A stretch of 64,000 nucleotides of DNA, taken from a virus. The DNA lies in the IMG/VR virus record IMGVR_UViG_3300045988_034366, one strand, 5' to 3'. The notes under the pieces were generated by a model that ran no database searches, was not told where the DNA came from, and saw only the letters and a list, made by a program, of their open reading frames with translations. This document shows, piece after piece, positions 24,295 through 31,993 of this stretch (positions within the stretch are counted from its first letter, which is position 1; each line of letters starts with the position of its first letter). Both the position numbers and the translations under genes were made by a program.

Positions 24295-25095
24295 TTACAA
24301 TTTCGTCCTAGAAATTCTCACACTGATTAAGTGATTCTTTAATTCCTCATCACTTAACCTATTTAACCAGTTCACACTGTCAAAAGTGAATAGGGGGTTC
24401 TTCTTGAAGAGTACATGTAAGTATTTTACCTCTTTGTCACTAGTAGAACCCTCTGGAGGATTCTCTCCATTTCCACTAATACGCCAAATTCTTAAGGCAC
24501 TATCCTGTAAGGGGTATTTAAATCTCATTGGCTTAACCCCTACTCCAAAAGGAGTTACACAGTACCCATTTCTAATCTGAATTAACTGCCTTTCTCTATT
24601 TGAGTCCAGTACATTCTCCAGTTCATAGTAGCCATCTTTAGCTACTTCAGCAACTACACTAAGTATATTGTTAGAAATATAAGGAGTCAAGATGCAAGAT
24701 TTATTATTATCTTCACCAAATGGGTCAACCCCAGCAAGAGTATTTTCTGAAAGGACCTCTATTGGTCTTCCATATCCATCTGCAATGTGTATGTTGAATA
24801 CTTTAGCACTTTTATATTGAAAGATACTTTTCTTGCCAAGAGTTAAACTAATACTTGCATTACCATTTTTCTCAGATATATGCAGTCTTGCCTTTACCAC
24901 AGTATCAACTATCTCAGGTCTTTTCTCCTTCTCCTCTTCTAGACCTCCTATATTGACCAATTTTCCATCTATATTCTCTATAAGAGCTACTCTATTATCT
25001 TGTAACTCCTTGACCAATATCTCATCTTGGTTTGTAAGATTGGCATCTCCTTCAACCAATCTCTTCCCCTTTATGTTGAATATTCTCCTTTTCAT
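24295..25095 (-). CDS. hypothetical protein (266 aa)
   Basis: Last minus-strand gene before the strand switch. The promoter -7 box ends 4 nt before its ATG. Confidence 0.7.
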   Translation of the reverse strand: MKRRIFNIKGKRLVEGDANLTNQDEILVKELQDNRVALIENIDGKLVNIGGLEEEKEKRPEIVDTVVKARLHISEKNGNASISLTLGKKSIFQYKSAKVFNIHIADGYGRPIEVLSENTLAGVDPFGEDNNKSCILTPYISNNILSVVAEVAKDGYYELENVLDSNRERQLIQIRNGYCVTPFGVGVKPMRFKYPLQDSALRIWRISGNGENPPEGSTSDKEVKYLHVLFKKNPLFTFDSVNWLNRLSDEELKNHLISVRISRTKL

Positions 25096-25099
25096 GCTG

Positions 25100-25131
25100 C
25101 AAAGATACTACTATAGTTTTAACTATGCAAG
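25100..25131 (-). promoter_or_regulatory. Bacteroides-type promoter (CTTG-N20-TAtcTTTGcag) giving a leaderless or near-leaderless mRNA
   Basis: -7 box at 25100-25107 and -33 at 25128-25131. The ATG at 25095 lies only 4 nt after the box. Confidence 0.55.
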
Positions 25132-25226
25132 TACAAAAAAAAAATTACTTATACTATGGATAGTAAATTTCTAATTTTTTTTTTTGAAAAATTTTTGATA
25201 TTTGTAGGAGTGGTTGATAATATACC

Positions 25227-25238
25227 CATCACTCCTCC
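25227..25238 (+). repeat. CATCACTCCTCC motif, copy 1
   Basis: Intergenic, 67 nt upstream of the ATG at 25305. Confidence 0.6.
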
Positions 25239-25304
25239 CCTGTTATTGAGAATGGGATATATCCCCCTGTCATCAACATTATTCACCTAATAAATTCAAC
25301 AACA

Positions 25305-25577
25305 ATGAAAAAGTTTGTAGAGACAACCCTGTCCTCAGTAATGGGTAAAGCTGAAATCAACGCTTTCCTATCAACTAAAGAAGGTCTAGAATACCTTCTT
25401 GCCATTGCAGACAACAGAGTACTGTTACCATGCCACGCAATTCCTGAAGAGCCTACTCCTATGAGTGTGAGAACTGCTGTTAGTTTAGCATATTCCCATG
25501 TTAAATACCTTAAAGAGTATGAAGATTGGCGCATTGCTTGCATGGAAGATGTACAAAATCAGATGCACTGTAGCTAA
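25305..25577 (+). CDS. hypothetical early protein (90 aa)
   Basis: First plus-strand ORF after the strand switch. Minus-strand ORF 25283-25543 is a shadow. Confidence 0.6.
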   Translation: MKKFVETTLSSVMGKAEINAFLSTKEGLEYLLAIADNRVLLPCHAIPEEPTPMSVRTAVSLAYSHVKYLKEYEDWRIACMEDVQNQMHCS

Positions 25578-25587
25578 GTAAATAGGA

Positions 25588-25620
25588 TGATAAGGAGGAG
25601 CACATAACTTCTCCTTATCA
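25588..25620 (+). terminator. hairpin without U-tract (terminator-like or processing site)
   Basis: Perfect 10-bp stem TGATAAGGAG/CTCCTTATCA, starting 10 nt after the stop of 25305-25577. Confidence 0.35.
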
Positions 25621-25638
25621 CTTGATAAACATAATCAT

Positions 25639-25875
25639 ATGAAGAAAAACATTCTACTTTGCTTACTTGTTGCTATTGCATCATTTACAGCAGGCTTTAT
25701 GGTGTGCCAAAACACCACAGTTAAACAGCAGTCCAACCTCATAGAAGCTTATGATGCTTATAATAAGCACACTGAAGAGCTGTTAGATACATTGAATAGT
25801 CAGTATAATTGGGTTGATGCTTTTGACCCTTATGACTATTATGAGTCTAGAGAGAAGTTGGATTCATTAATTTAA
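25639..25875 (+). CDS. small signal-anchored or lipoprotein-like protein (78 aa)
   Basis: N-terminus is MKKNILLCLLVAIASFTAGFMVCQN. Confidence 0.6.
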   Translation: MKKNILLCLLVAIASFTAGFMVCQNTTVKQQSNLIEAYDAYNKHTEELLDTLNSQYNWVDAFDPYDYYESREKLDSLI

Positions 25876-25890
25876 GCTCATCACTCCTCC
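25876..25890 (+). repeat. GCTCATCACTCCTCC motif, copy 2
   Basis: Abuts the stop codon of 25639-25875. Followed by TAcaTTTG at 25893-25900. Confidence 0.6.
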
Positions 25891-25964
25891 TTTACATTTG
25901 AATTAACTTTAACTTGGGTGTGCTTGATACCCTAAATAAGTCCTAAAGGCATAGGCATTATCTT

Positions 25965-26243
25965 ATGGAAAAGATTGAGAGAGGAACTATTATAGAAATT
26001 AAAGTTCCTAACGTAGAAAAGCCTATTAAGGCTGTAGTACTTGATGTTATAGAAAATTACGCTAGTGACTATAGTGCTTGCTATGTGTATATTTTGTGTG
26101 CACAGAAGAGAATCTTTAGAGCTTTTAACTGGTGGCATTGGGTTGTTGATAAAGGAGAAAGCTATAAAGATTGGTCAGACTTTATTTATGATGGTATTAT
26201 CGTAGAGTATTGTGAAATACCTGAAATCCCATCATATATTTAA
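25965..26243 (+). CDS. hypothetical early protein (92 aa)
   Basis: ORF followed by the terminator at 26265-26296. Confidence 0.6.
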   Translation: MEKIERGTIIEIKVPNVEKPIKAVVLDVIENYASDYSACYVYILCAQKRIFRAFNWWHWVVDKGESYKDWSDFIYDGIIVEYCEIPEIPSYI

Positions 26244-26264
26244 GCTAAGGAAATAAATAGATTA

Positions 26265-26296
26265 GGGACGGGAATAATCCTGTCCCTTTTCTTTTT
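26265..26296 (+). terminator. intrinsic terminator
   Basis: GGGACGGGA-ATAA-TCCTGTCCC, followed by TTTTCTTTTT. Confidence 0.7.
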
Positions 26297-26362
26297 GAAG
26301 AGTCAGGTAGGAGCAATATCACAAAAAGGTAAAAGCAATAATAGGTATCAGCAATGTTTTAC

Positions 26363-26386
26363 CAGCACAGCTCATCACTCCTCCTT
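26363..26386 (+). repeat. 24-nt repeat CAGCACAGCTCATCACTCCTCCTT, copy 3 of the motif
   Basis: Perfect repeat of 26463-26486, exactly 100 nt away. Intergenic. Confidence 0.8.
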
Positions 26387-26462
26387 GGTGCTTGGGCTGG
26401 TGGGGAATGATAAGAGCTATAAGATATTATGTATCTAATAGATGATATTAGGTATATGATAT

Positions 26463-26486
26463 CAGCACAGCTCATCACTCCTCCTT
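26463..26486 (+). repeat. 24-nt repeat CAGCACAGCTCATCACTCCTCCTT, copy 4 of the motif
   Basis: Perfect repeat of 26363-26386. Lies 130 nt upstream of the ATG at 26616. Confidence 0.8.
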
Positions 26487-26615
26487 AGCTCCTGACACAC
26501 TGCATTAGCAATGTGTTATAATTTATCATTTATCAATTAACAATTAGCAAATAACATTTGCTTTATTGCCTAAAGAATAAGGAACCCTTGGCAATAATAT
26601 TATAGGGATAAGGCT

Positions 26616-26897
26616 ATGAATATCTTTTCAAGTCTTCGAGTTTATGCTGGTAAATGGATGTTGAAATCCTCAAGAGCTTTTACGCAGGAAGAGCAGGATG
26701 CAGTATCTTCTGCAACTGTAGTAGCCAGTCAGTATGGCAATAGTGTTTGCTTTATGATGAAGTCTGGAGGACAGACTTTTATCCCACTTGACCAAAGCTC
26801 TAGTCTTGGAGTTGGGGAAAGTGTAGACCTCTCTAAGGCAGAGTTGATTACTCTTGAGAAAGATGGGGAGGCTGACATTAATAGAGTAAAGATTTAA
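26616..26897 (+). CDS. hypothetical early protein (93 aa)
   Basis: ORF followed by a long hairpin terminator. Confidence 0.6.
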   Translation: MNIFSSLRVYAGKWMLKSSRAFTQEEQDAVSSATVVASQYGNSVCFMMKSGGQTFIPLDQSSSLGVGESVDLSKAELITLEKDGEADINRVKI

Positions 26898-26910
26898 GTC
26901 TCTCATAGAT

Positions 26911-26952
26911 AAACTACTATTGCCACATAGTGTGGTGATAGTAGTTTTTATT
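26911..26952 (+). terminator. intrinsic terminator (17-bp hairpin)
   Basis: AAACTACTATTGCCACA-TAG-TGTGGTGATAGTAGTTT, followed by TTATT. Confidence 0.7.
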
Positions 26953-27196
26953 CTTTAGGTAATAGCAATAATTCACTCTATTTCAATAGCTTATACTGTT
27001 ATGTTAGACTATTTATTAGTGGCTGGCTTGATATCCCTCTTCATGCTTTTAGCAATATGGGAAGACCAACAAAACAAGTAAGAATCATAGAAACATAGCT
27101 ATTTATACTGATAACCAAAAGAGTATAACTATTATAACAACAATGTTTTACTCAATAATTCCTGTATCAATAGATGTTAAAATAAACATATTCCCT

Positions 27197-27421
27197 ATGA
27201 ACAAATTCAAACTCATATTAAAAGGAGTGTTGTTATGGACAACAGCCTTTGCAGTTACACTATTTATATCAGGGATAGATGGAATACCATTCTCTTATAT
27301 AATAGTATCTCTTATAGTTATTCCAATACTCTGCTATACCTGTTATAAGGTAATATCAGAAGATGAATTGGAAACACTAACACTTTGCAAATACTTCGGT
27401 ATAAGCATTAAAGAAAAATAG
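27197..27421 (+). CDS. small two-TM membrane protein (74 aa)
   Basis: Starts MNKFKLILKGVLLWTTAFAVTLFISG and continues with IIVSLIVIPILCYTCY. The track start at 27143 is also possible. Confidence 0.55.
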   Translation: MNKFKLILKGVLLWTTAFAVTLFISGIDGIPFSYIIVSLIVIPILCYTCYKVISEDELETLTLCKYFGISIKEK

Positions 27422-27422
27422 T

Positions 27423-27611
27423 ATGACAACTGATAGACAAAAAGCTAGTGTTCACTTTTGTGAACAATGGCTTAACATTACCTTCAATGGTGATATTGAA
27501 AATAGATACCAAGTCTCAATATTCTTAGGTGAATACCTACAGGAAGCTAAAGACTTATATAATGAGTTAAGATGTGAATATGAAGCATACCTTTGGGATT
27601 TAGAAGATTAA
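27423..27611 (+). CDS. hypothetical protein (62 aa)
   Basis: Tightly packed ORF, 1 nt after the previous stop. Confidence 0.5.
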   Translation: MTTDRQKASVHFCEQWLNITFNGDIENRYQVSIFLGEYLQEAKDLYNELRCEYEAYLWDLED

Positions 27612-27615
27612 AATA

Positions 27616-27846
27616 ATGAGAAAAAGATTCAACACTGAAAGAATTTGTAGTTCAGAGAACTATGAGTTCTCACAGAGATACCATAAAAGAATATTAACCA
27701 CTAATCACAATAATAAAGAAGTAATTACTCTGTCATCTAAAGTAAAAATAACCAAGACATATTATACATATGTATTTGGCAAAAAAGTACAAATAAAGAA
27801 AACAGAGTTATCTCATTATGAAGGGTTTAATATTTATACTGAATAA
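27616..27846 (+). CDS. hypothetical basic protein (76 aa)
   Basis: Tightly packed ORF. Confidence 0.5.
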   Translation: MRKRFNTERICSSENYEFSQRYHKRILTTNHNNKEVITLSSKVKITKTYYTYVFGKKVQIKKTELSHYEGFNIYTE

Positions 27847-27885
27847 TAATAAAATAACTAACAATCAGTATTTATACTGAATATA

Positions 27886-27957
27886 GCTCCTATAGTTCAA
27901 TGGATAGAATAACTCTCTCCTAAAGAGTAGATACAGGTTCAATTCCTGTTGGGAGTA
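27886..27957 (+). tRNA. tRNA-Arg(CCT)
   Basis: Acceptor GCTCCTA/TGGGAGT. D-arm GTTC..GAAT. Anticodon arm ACTCT-CTCCTAA-AGAGT. T-arm ACAGG-TTCAATT-CCTGT. Confidence 0.8.
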
Positions 27958-28084
27958 CAATAATAACAAGGTATTTACTCATATAAGGTAAATTGATTGT
28001 GTTTATTAGGTAATGTGTTAGAATTTTAATCGGTGACTTATTGTCACTACAGCATGATGGTCTGTGAAGATAGTCATGCTTAAT

Positions 28085-28156
28085 GTCTCCATAGTTCAAG
28101 GGATAGAACAATAGTCTTCTAAACTATATATCTGAGTTCGAGTCTCAGTGGAGATA
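28085..28156 (+). tRNA. tRNA-Arg(TCT), second copy
   Basis: Acceptor GTCTCCA/TGGAGAT. D-arm GTTC..GAAC. Anticodon arm ATAGT-CTTCTAA-ACTAT. T-arm CTGAG-TTCGAGT-CTCAG. Confidence 0.85.
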
Positions 28157-28365
28157 CTATGAGTCCACTGTACTCCTTTCATAATGACTATAAATAGTAT
28201 AGAAAAGGATGCTAATAGGTAAGCTATTACCACTTAGTAAATGCAACAGCTTCAATGTGGGGATATAAAGAAGAAGCTACGTGACTTAAATACAAAATTC
28301 AATAGGAAAGCTGTATGACTTTGTTAGGACATTCTTTCAATATGAAATGAATCCATTTTTATTAA

Positions 28366-28439
28366 GGGCCTATAGCTCAAGTGGTTAGAGCAACACACTC
28401 ATAATGTGAAGGTTTAGGGTTCAAATCCCTATTGGCCCA
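28366..28439 (+). tRNA. tRNA(CAT), Met or Ile2
   Basis: Acceptor GGGCCTA/TTGGCCC. D-arm GCTC..GAGC. Anticodon loop CTCATAA. T-arm TAGGG-TTCAAAT-CCCTA. Confidence 0.8.
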
Positions 28440-28616
28440 CGCTGGTTTACAATATCTAATAAGTTTCCCGAAGCACATTAGAACAACTCTACGGAGCTAA
28501 TGTGAGTCTTCAAAATTAACTTGGTGAAATGATATATCCTAGAGGCTTCTCACTGATGCTAAAGTGATTTTAAAATATTTATTACTAACACAAATTAATA
28601 ATTAAAATAAAAGTAT

Positions 28617-28856
28617 ATGACTGACAAGAGATTTAAAGAGGCAGAAGAGATAAATAGAAATATAAAGCAAATTAAGGATGAATTAAATTTTTTAAAACGA
28701 TGTGATTATTGTTGTATAAAATTATATGATGATATTAGCAATCACATACAGGCTAAGGAGCTTAATTCCATACCTGCATCTATCATTTATAAATTTGCTT
28801 TTGAATATTTTACTAAAGAGTTGACTAGATTAGAAGAACAACTTAAATGTATATAA
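28617..28856 (+). CDS. hypothetical protein (79 aa)
   Basis: ORF with coiled-coil-like sequence. Confidence 0.5.
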   Translation: MTDKRFKEAEEINRNIKQIKDELNFLKRCDYCCIKLYDDISNHIQAKELNSIPASIIYKFAFEYFTKELTRLEEQLKCI

Positions 28857-28871
28857 TAAACAAATAAGAAT

Positions 28872-29186
28872 ATGACAACAAAGAAAAGATGGACTGAGGA
28901 AGAAGATAAACTTTTAGTCCAAGCTATTACAGCTAATCCTACAAACATTAAAGAAGCTTTAATACAAGTAAGTAAGACTCTTGATAGAACATTTTATGCT
29001 TGTCATTTCAGATGGTATCGTGTACTATCTATTACACAAAATTCAACAAAGGCTAGCACTTTATTTATGACAGTAGGAAGTAAAACTGTATATAAAAATA
29101 GAAAGAATAGCAGCAGTAATTCTACAACAAAACCAATTAAAAGTAATTTATGGAATACAATAAAGAAATTCTTAAAAATAAAATGA
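28872..29186 (+). CDS. Myb/SANT-like DNA-binding protein (104 aa)
   Basis: KRWTEEEDKLLVQAI...CHFRWYRVL fits the Trp-spaced Myb/SANT repeat. Confidence 0.5.
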   Translation: MTTKKRWTEEEDKLLVQAITANPTNIKEALIQVSKTLDRTFYACHFRWYRVLSITQNSTKASTLFMTVGSKTVYKNRKNSSSNSTTKPIKSNLWNTIKKFLKIK

Positions 29187-29213
29187 AACCACCTATTAAA
29201 TATTAAAGACAAT

Positions 29214-29528
29214 ATGAAATTCGTTATTACAGATGCTAGTCAATATGCTTCTGGGAAGAAAGGACTTTCTCCTGAATATATTGATAAATTAAAAGATAAA
29301 TATACATTAGAAACAATTAGAGCAAAAACTGTTTTTAATAATATAGAAGAATTAACTTTAGTAACCATTAATGATATATATTCATTAGCAAGATTAAAAG
29401 ATTTAGTAGGGCCATTTATTATAGGTTTAGATTTATGTCTGCCAGAAGAAATTGAAAACAAAATGGATTCAACTATAGTTATTTATGATAGTTATATAGA
29501 AAGGGAAGGATGTTCATGCTGTTGTTGA
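29214..29528 (+). CDS. hypothetical protein (104 aa), C-terminal CSCCC
   Basis: ORF. Minus-strand ORF 29240-29461 is a shadow. Confidence 0.55.
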   Translation: MKFVITDASQYASGKKGLSPEYIDKLKDKYTLETIRAKTVFNNIEELTLVTINDIYSLARLKDLVGPFIIGLDLCLPEEIENKMDSTIVIYDSYIEREGCSCCC

Positions 29529-29729
29529 AATTATTTCAACAATTGGACTTTTATTAGATGCCAAGGAATTGGTAGGTATGATGGAGTGTTTCAAGGAAAT
29601 CTTACTTAAAAAAGTAAGAAGAGAATTACTTAAGAGTGCTAAAAAAGGAGAGATTATTATACCAGATGCAATGTCCTTTGCTCTTATGCTCAAAGAATTT
29701 ATGGGGAAAGATTAACTCTTTTATATACA

Positions 29730-30104
29730 ATGAATGAAATCAAAGTAAGTGTAAGCATTGTACTTCGAGGAAGTATTCTGCTTACCCAAGAGGAGGCTGA
29801 AACTCTTGAGAAAGAACAGCCAAAGAGTGGTTTTGAGAAGCATACTCAAGTAGTAGAAAACCCAAATGGGAAAAACAAGCAGGTTATACACTATCAGACT
29901 AGAAAGTGTAGAACTGCCAGTCAATCTGTGAAGATATGCAAGGAAGCATATTTTCATATGATTGACAAGTCTGCTTGCCCTGAATGGGAAAAGATGAGCA
30001 AGTGGGCTTCCAAGAGCAATAAGGAGAGACTTGAATCTCACTTGCAGAAACTTACTGAGCATCTTGGGGGAATTTCATTTACCTATAAGGTGTTTGAAGA
30101 CTAA
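29730..30104 (+). CDS. hypothetical protein (124 aa)
   Basis: ORF followed by the terminator at 30115-30152. Minus-strand ORF 29721-30062 is a shadow. Confidence 0.6.
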   Translation: MNEIKVSVSIVLRGSILLTQEEAETLEKEQPKSGFEKHTQVVENPNGKNKQVIHYQTRKCRTASQSVKICKEAYFHMIDKSACPEWEKMSKWASKSNKERLESHLQKLTEHLGGISFTYKVFED

Positions 30105-30114
30105 GAAACCACAG

Positions 30115-30152
30115 AGGAGGATGAAGCATAGTCTTTATCCTCCTTTCTTTTT
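30115..30152 (+). terminator. intrinsic terminator
   Basis: AGGAGGAT-14 nt loop-ATCCTCCT, followed by TTCTTTTT. Confidence 0.7.
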
Positions 30153-30187
30153 GCAACCTATTTAATTAGTAACTAAAATGCTTAGAT

Positions 30188-30364
30188 ATGTGTGGTATAA
30201 TAGTATTAGGAATAATTATATTCTTCCTAATTATAAAGATACTACTTAGGTATAAACCAAGGTTTGACTTAGTAATATCTGGTAACGGATTTATATTATT
30301 ATTGTGGTATAATAAATATGATGATAACAATATAAAGAAAAGAGTTTACATAAAACTATTTTGA
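30188..30364 (+). CDS. small TM protein (58 aa, below the ORF-track cut-off)
   Basis: Starts MCGIIVLGIIIFFLIIKILLRYK. Its stop lies 2 nt before the next ATG at 30367. Confidence 0.4.
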   Translation: MCGIIVLGIIIFFLIIKILLRYKPRFDLVISGNGFILLLWYNKYDDNNIKKRVYIKLF

Positions 30365-30366
30365 CT

Positions 30367-31119
30367 ATGCTGGAATTTGAATTAAAGAGAAGCAAGAAAG
30401 GTAAGAGGTCAAGATGGGCTAAAAAGTACCCAAGGAAGAGAATATTAAAGAAAGGCAGTGAGAAAGCTGCTGGATGGTATTTTCACAATTGGTATGATGA
30501 TAATTATCATTATTTCCACGGAGATTTGCATAAATTCCTGTTGCAGAATGTAGGCAGACCAGTAGATAAGGTATTCTCTGAGTTCTTGCAAAGATGTAGA
30601 AAAGGGACTGAGAAGTATAACTTAAAAGAACAATTCTATGATATGTTTGAAGAAAAAGAGGACATAGACTATAGAGGAGGTTTCTACTTGTCTAATGGTA
30701 TTATCAATTACAAGAAGAGAAGCAAAAGACCTAAAGGTTCTTATGTCCCATCATCTCTTATATTATCACAATTCAATACTCAGAATCTTCCGAGTAAAAG
30801 AAAGTTGTATAATATATGTGAGAGAGCCAAGGAGACACATAAGAAGCAACTTCTTGGTACATTCTACATCTCAACTGGTTTATACAAATCAAGAAAGGCT
30901 ACAGTTTATGTAGCAGTAAAGTCAGATTACAAGACATCTTGCTTTTACATGAATATTGCTAATATAGTAGAGGTAGGATTAGGTATTAGGTTCTATGTAC
31001 AGAGAACACAAGATGGGAAAGAATATATTGACCCAAAGTACATCACTTACTATGAGTATAAATGGTTAAGTAACAAGGAGTTACCTGACTATGTATTTCT
31101 GACTAAAGAAGGAGACTAA
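30367..31119 (+). CDS. hypothetical basic protein (250 aa)
   Basis: The track start at 30361 is a TTG, so the ATG at 30367 (MLEFELKRSKKGKR) is preferred. Confidence 0.65.
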   Translation: MLEFELKRSKKGKRSRWAKKYPRKRILKKGSEKAAGWYFHNWYDDNYHYFHGDLHKFLLQNVGRPVDKVFSEFLQRCRKGTEKYNLKEQFYDMFEEKEDIDYRGGFYLSNGIINYKKRSKRPKGSYVPSSLILSQFNTQNLPSKRKLYNICERAKETHKKQLLGTFYISTGLYKSRKATVYVAVKSDYKTSCFYMNIANIVEVGLGIRFYVQRTQDGKEYIDPKYITYYEYKWLSNKELPDYVFLTKEGD

Positions 31120-31163
31120 AGTCTCATTGACTAAATCAACATAAGTTTAACAAAAAAAAAAGC

Positions 31164-31472
31164 ATGAAGACAATCTTAGTAGTTTATACTAATACTGCTC
31201 TAACAGCGAAGCAGATTAGTGACAGAAAGATGCAGAAGTATGTCTTTAGGACTGAAGAGGACTTCAAAGAGGGAGACTTGATTGAGTCAAAGGCATATTC
31301 AAGCAAGATGCAGGTAGTTGATGTCATTGACAATGACTACAAATATTATAACTCTTCCACTGGTGAGCTGAGGAATGACATCAACTCAACTAGATGCTAT
31401 CCTATCAAGAAGATAGTACTTAGGGAGGACGATGAACTCACTGTGTATGCTGCAAAATGCAATGCGGAATAA
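31164..31472 (+). CDS. hypothetical protein (102 aa)
   Basis: ORF preceded by an A10 tract. Confidence 0.6.
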   Translation: MKTILVVYTNTALTAKQISDRKMQKYVFRTEEDFKEGDLIESKAYSSKMQVVDVIDNDYKYYNSSTGELRNDINSTRCYPIKKIVLREDDELTVYAAKCNAE

Positions 31473-31501
31473 AGTTATTTATGGATTATTACTAAAAGTA
31501 T

Positions 31502-31993
31502 ATGGAACAGAAAGCATTTAACATAATTATCTCTATTGCAGTGCTGGCAATGGGATTTATCTTATGCTTGGATTGTGGAGGGAAAAGAGAGTATAAGCCC
31601 CCTGAAGTGAAAGTAGACTCTTTTGAGTATAGGCAAGACTTTCATAGTAAATCTCCAGAAGATGGATTGATGGAAGCATTAATATACTATGAAGTGCAAC
31701 ATCCTCAAATAGTATATGCACAAGCTCTTATTGAGACTGGTAACTTCAAGTCCAATTTATGTCTGAATAATAATAATCTGTTTGGACTTTATAATAGTAG
31801 TAGGGGCAGATATCATAGATTTGACCATTGGACAGAGTCTGTGATAGCCTATAAGGTTTTCATCCAACGCAGATATAAACCCCCGGAAAACTACTATAAG
31901 TTCCTGCAAAGAATAGGATATGCAGGAGACCCTAACTACATTAGTAAACTAAAGAAAGTTGTAAACAAGAATGACACGAGAAGAAGTGAATAA
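31502..31993 (+). CDS. membrane-anchored GH73-type glucosaminidase/muramidase-like protein
   Basis: N-terminal TM segment (IIISIAVLAMGFILCL). AQALIETGNFKS...NNNLFGL matches the FlgJ/LytD glucosaminidase block with its catalytic Glu. Confidence 0.55.
   Translation: MEQKAFNIIISIAVLAMGFILCLDCGGKREYKPPEVKVDSFEYRQDFHSKSPEDGLMEALIYYEVQHPQIVYAQALIETGNFKSNLCLNNNNLFGLYNSSRGRYHRFDHWTESVIAYKVFIQRRYKPPENYYKFLQRIGYAGDPNYISKLKKVVNKNDTRRSE

Noticed and set aside
25893-25900. TAcaTTTG right after motif copy 2 as a host-type promoter for 25965-26243.
   Set aside because: There is no TTG at the 20-nt spacing, and the ATG is 64 nt away. A lone -7 match is expected by chance in AT-rich DNA. It is mentioned but not listed as a feature.
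26363-26486. The 24-nt perfect repeats 100 nt apart might be a CRISPR array.
   Set aside because: There are only two full copies (plus two 12-15-nt partial copies), with irregular context and no cas genes. The spacing and content fit regulatory repeats instead.
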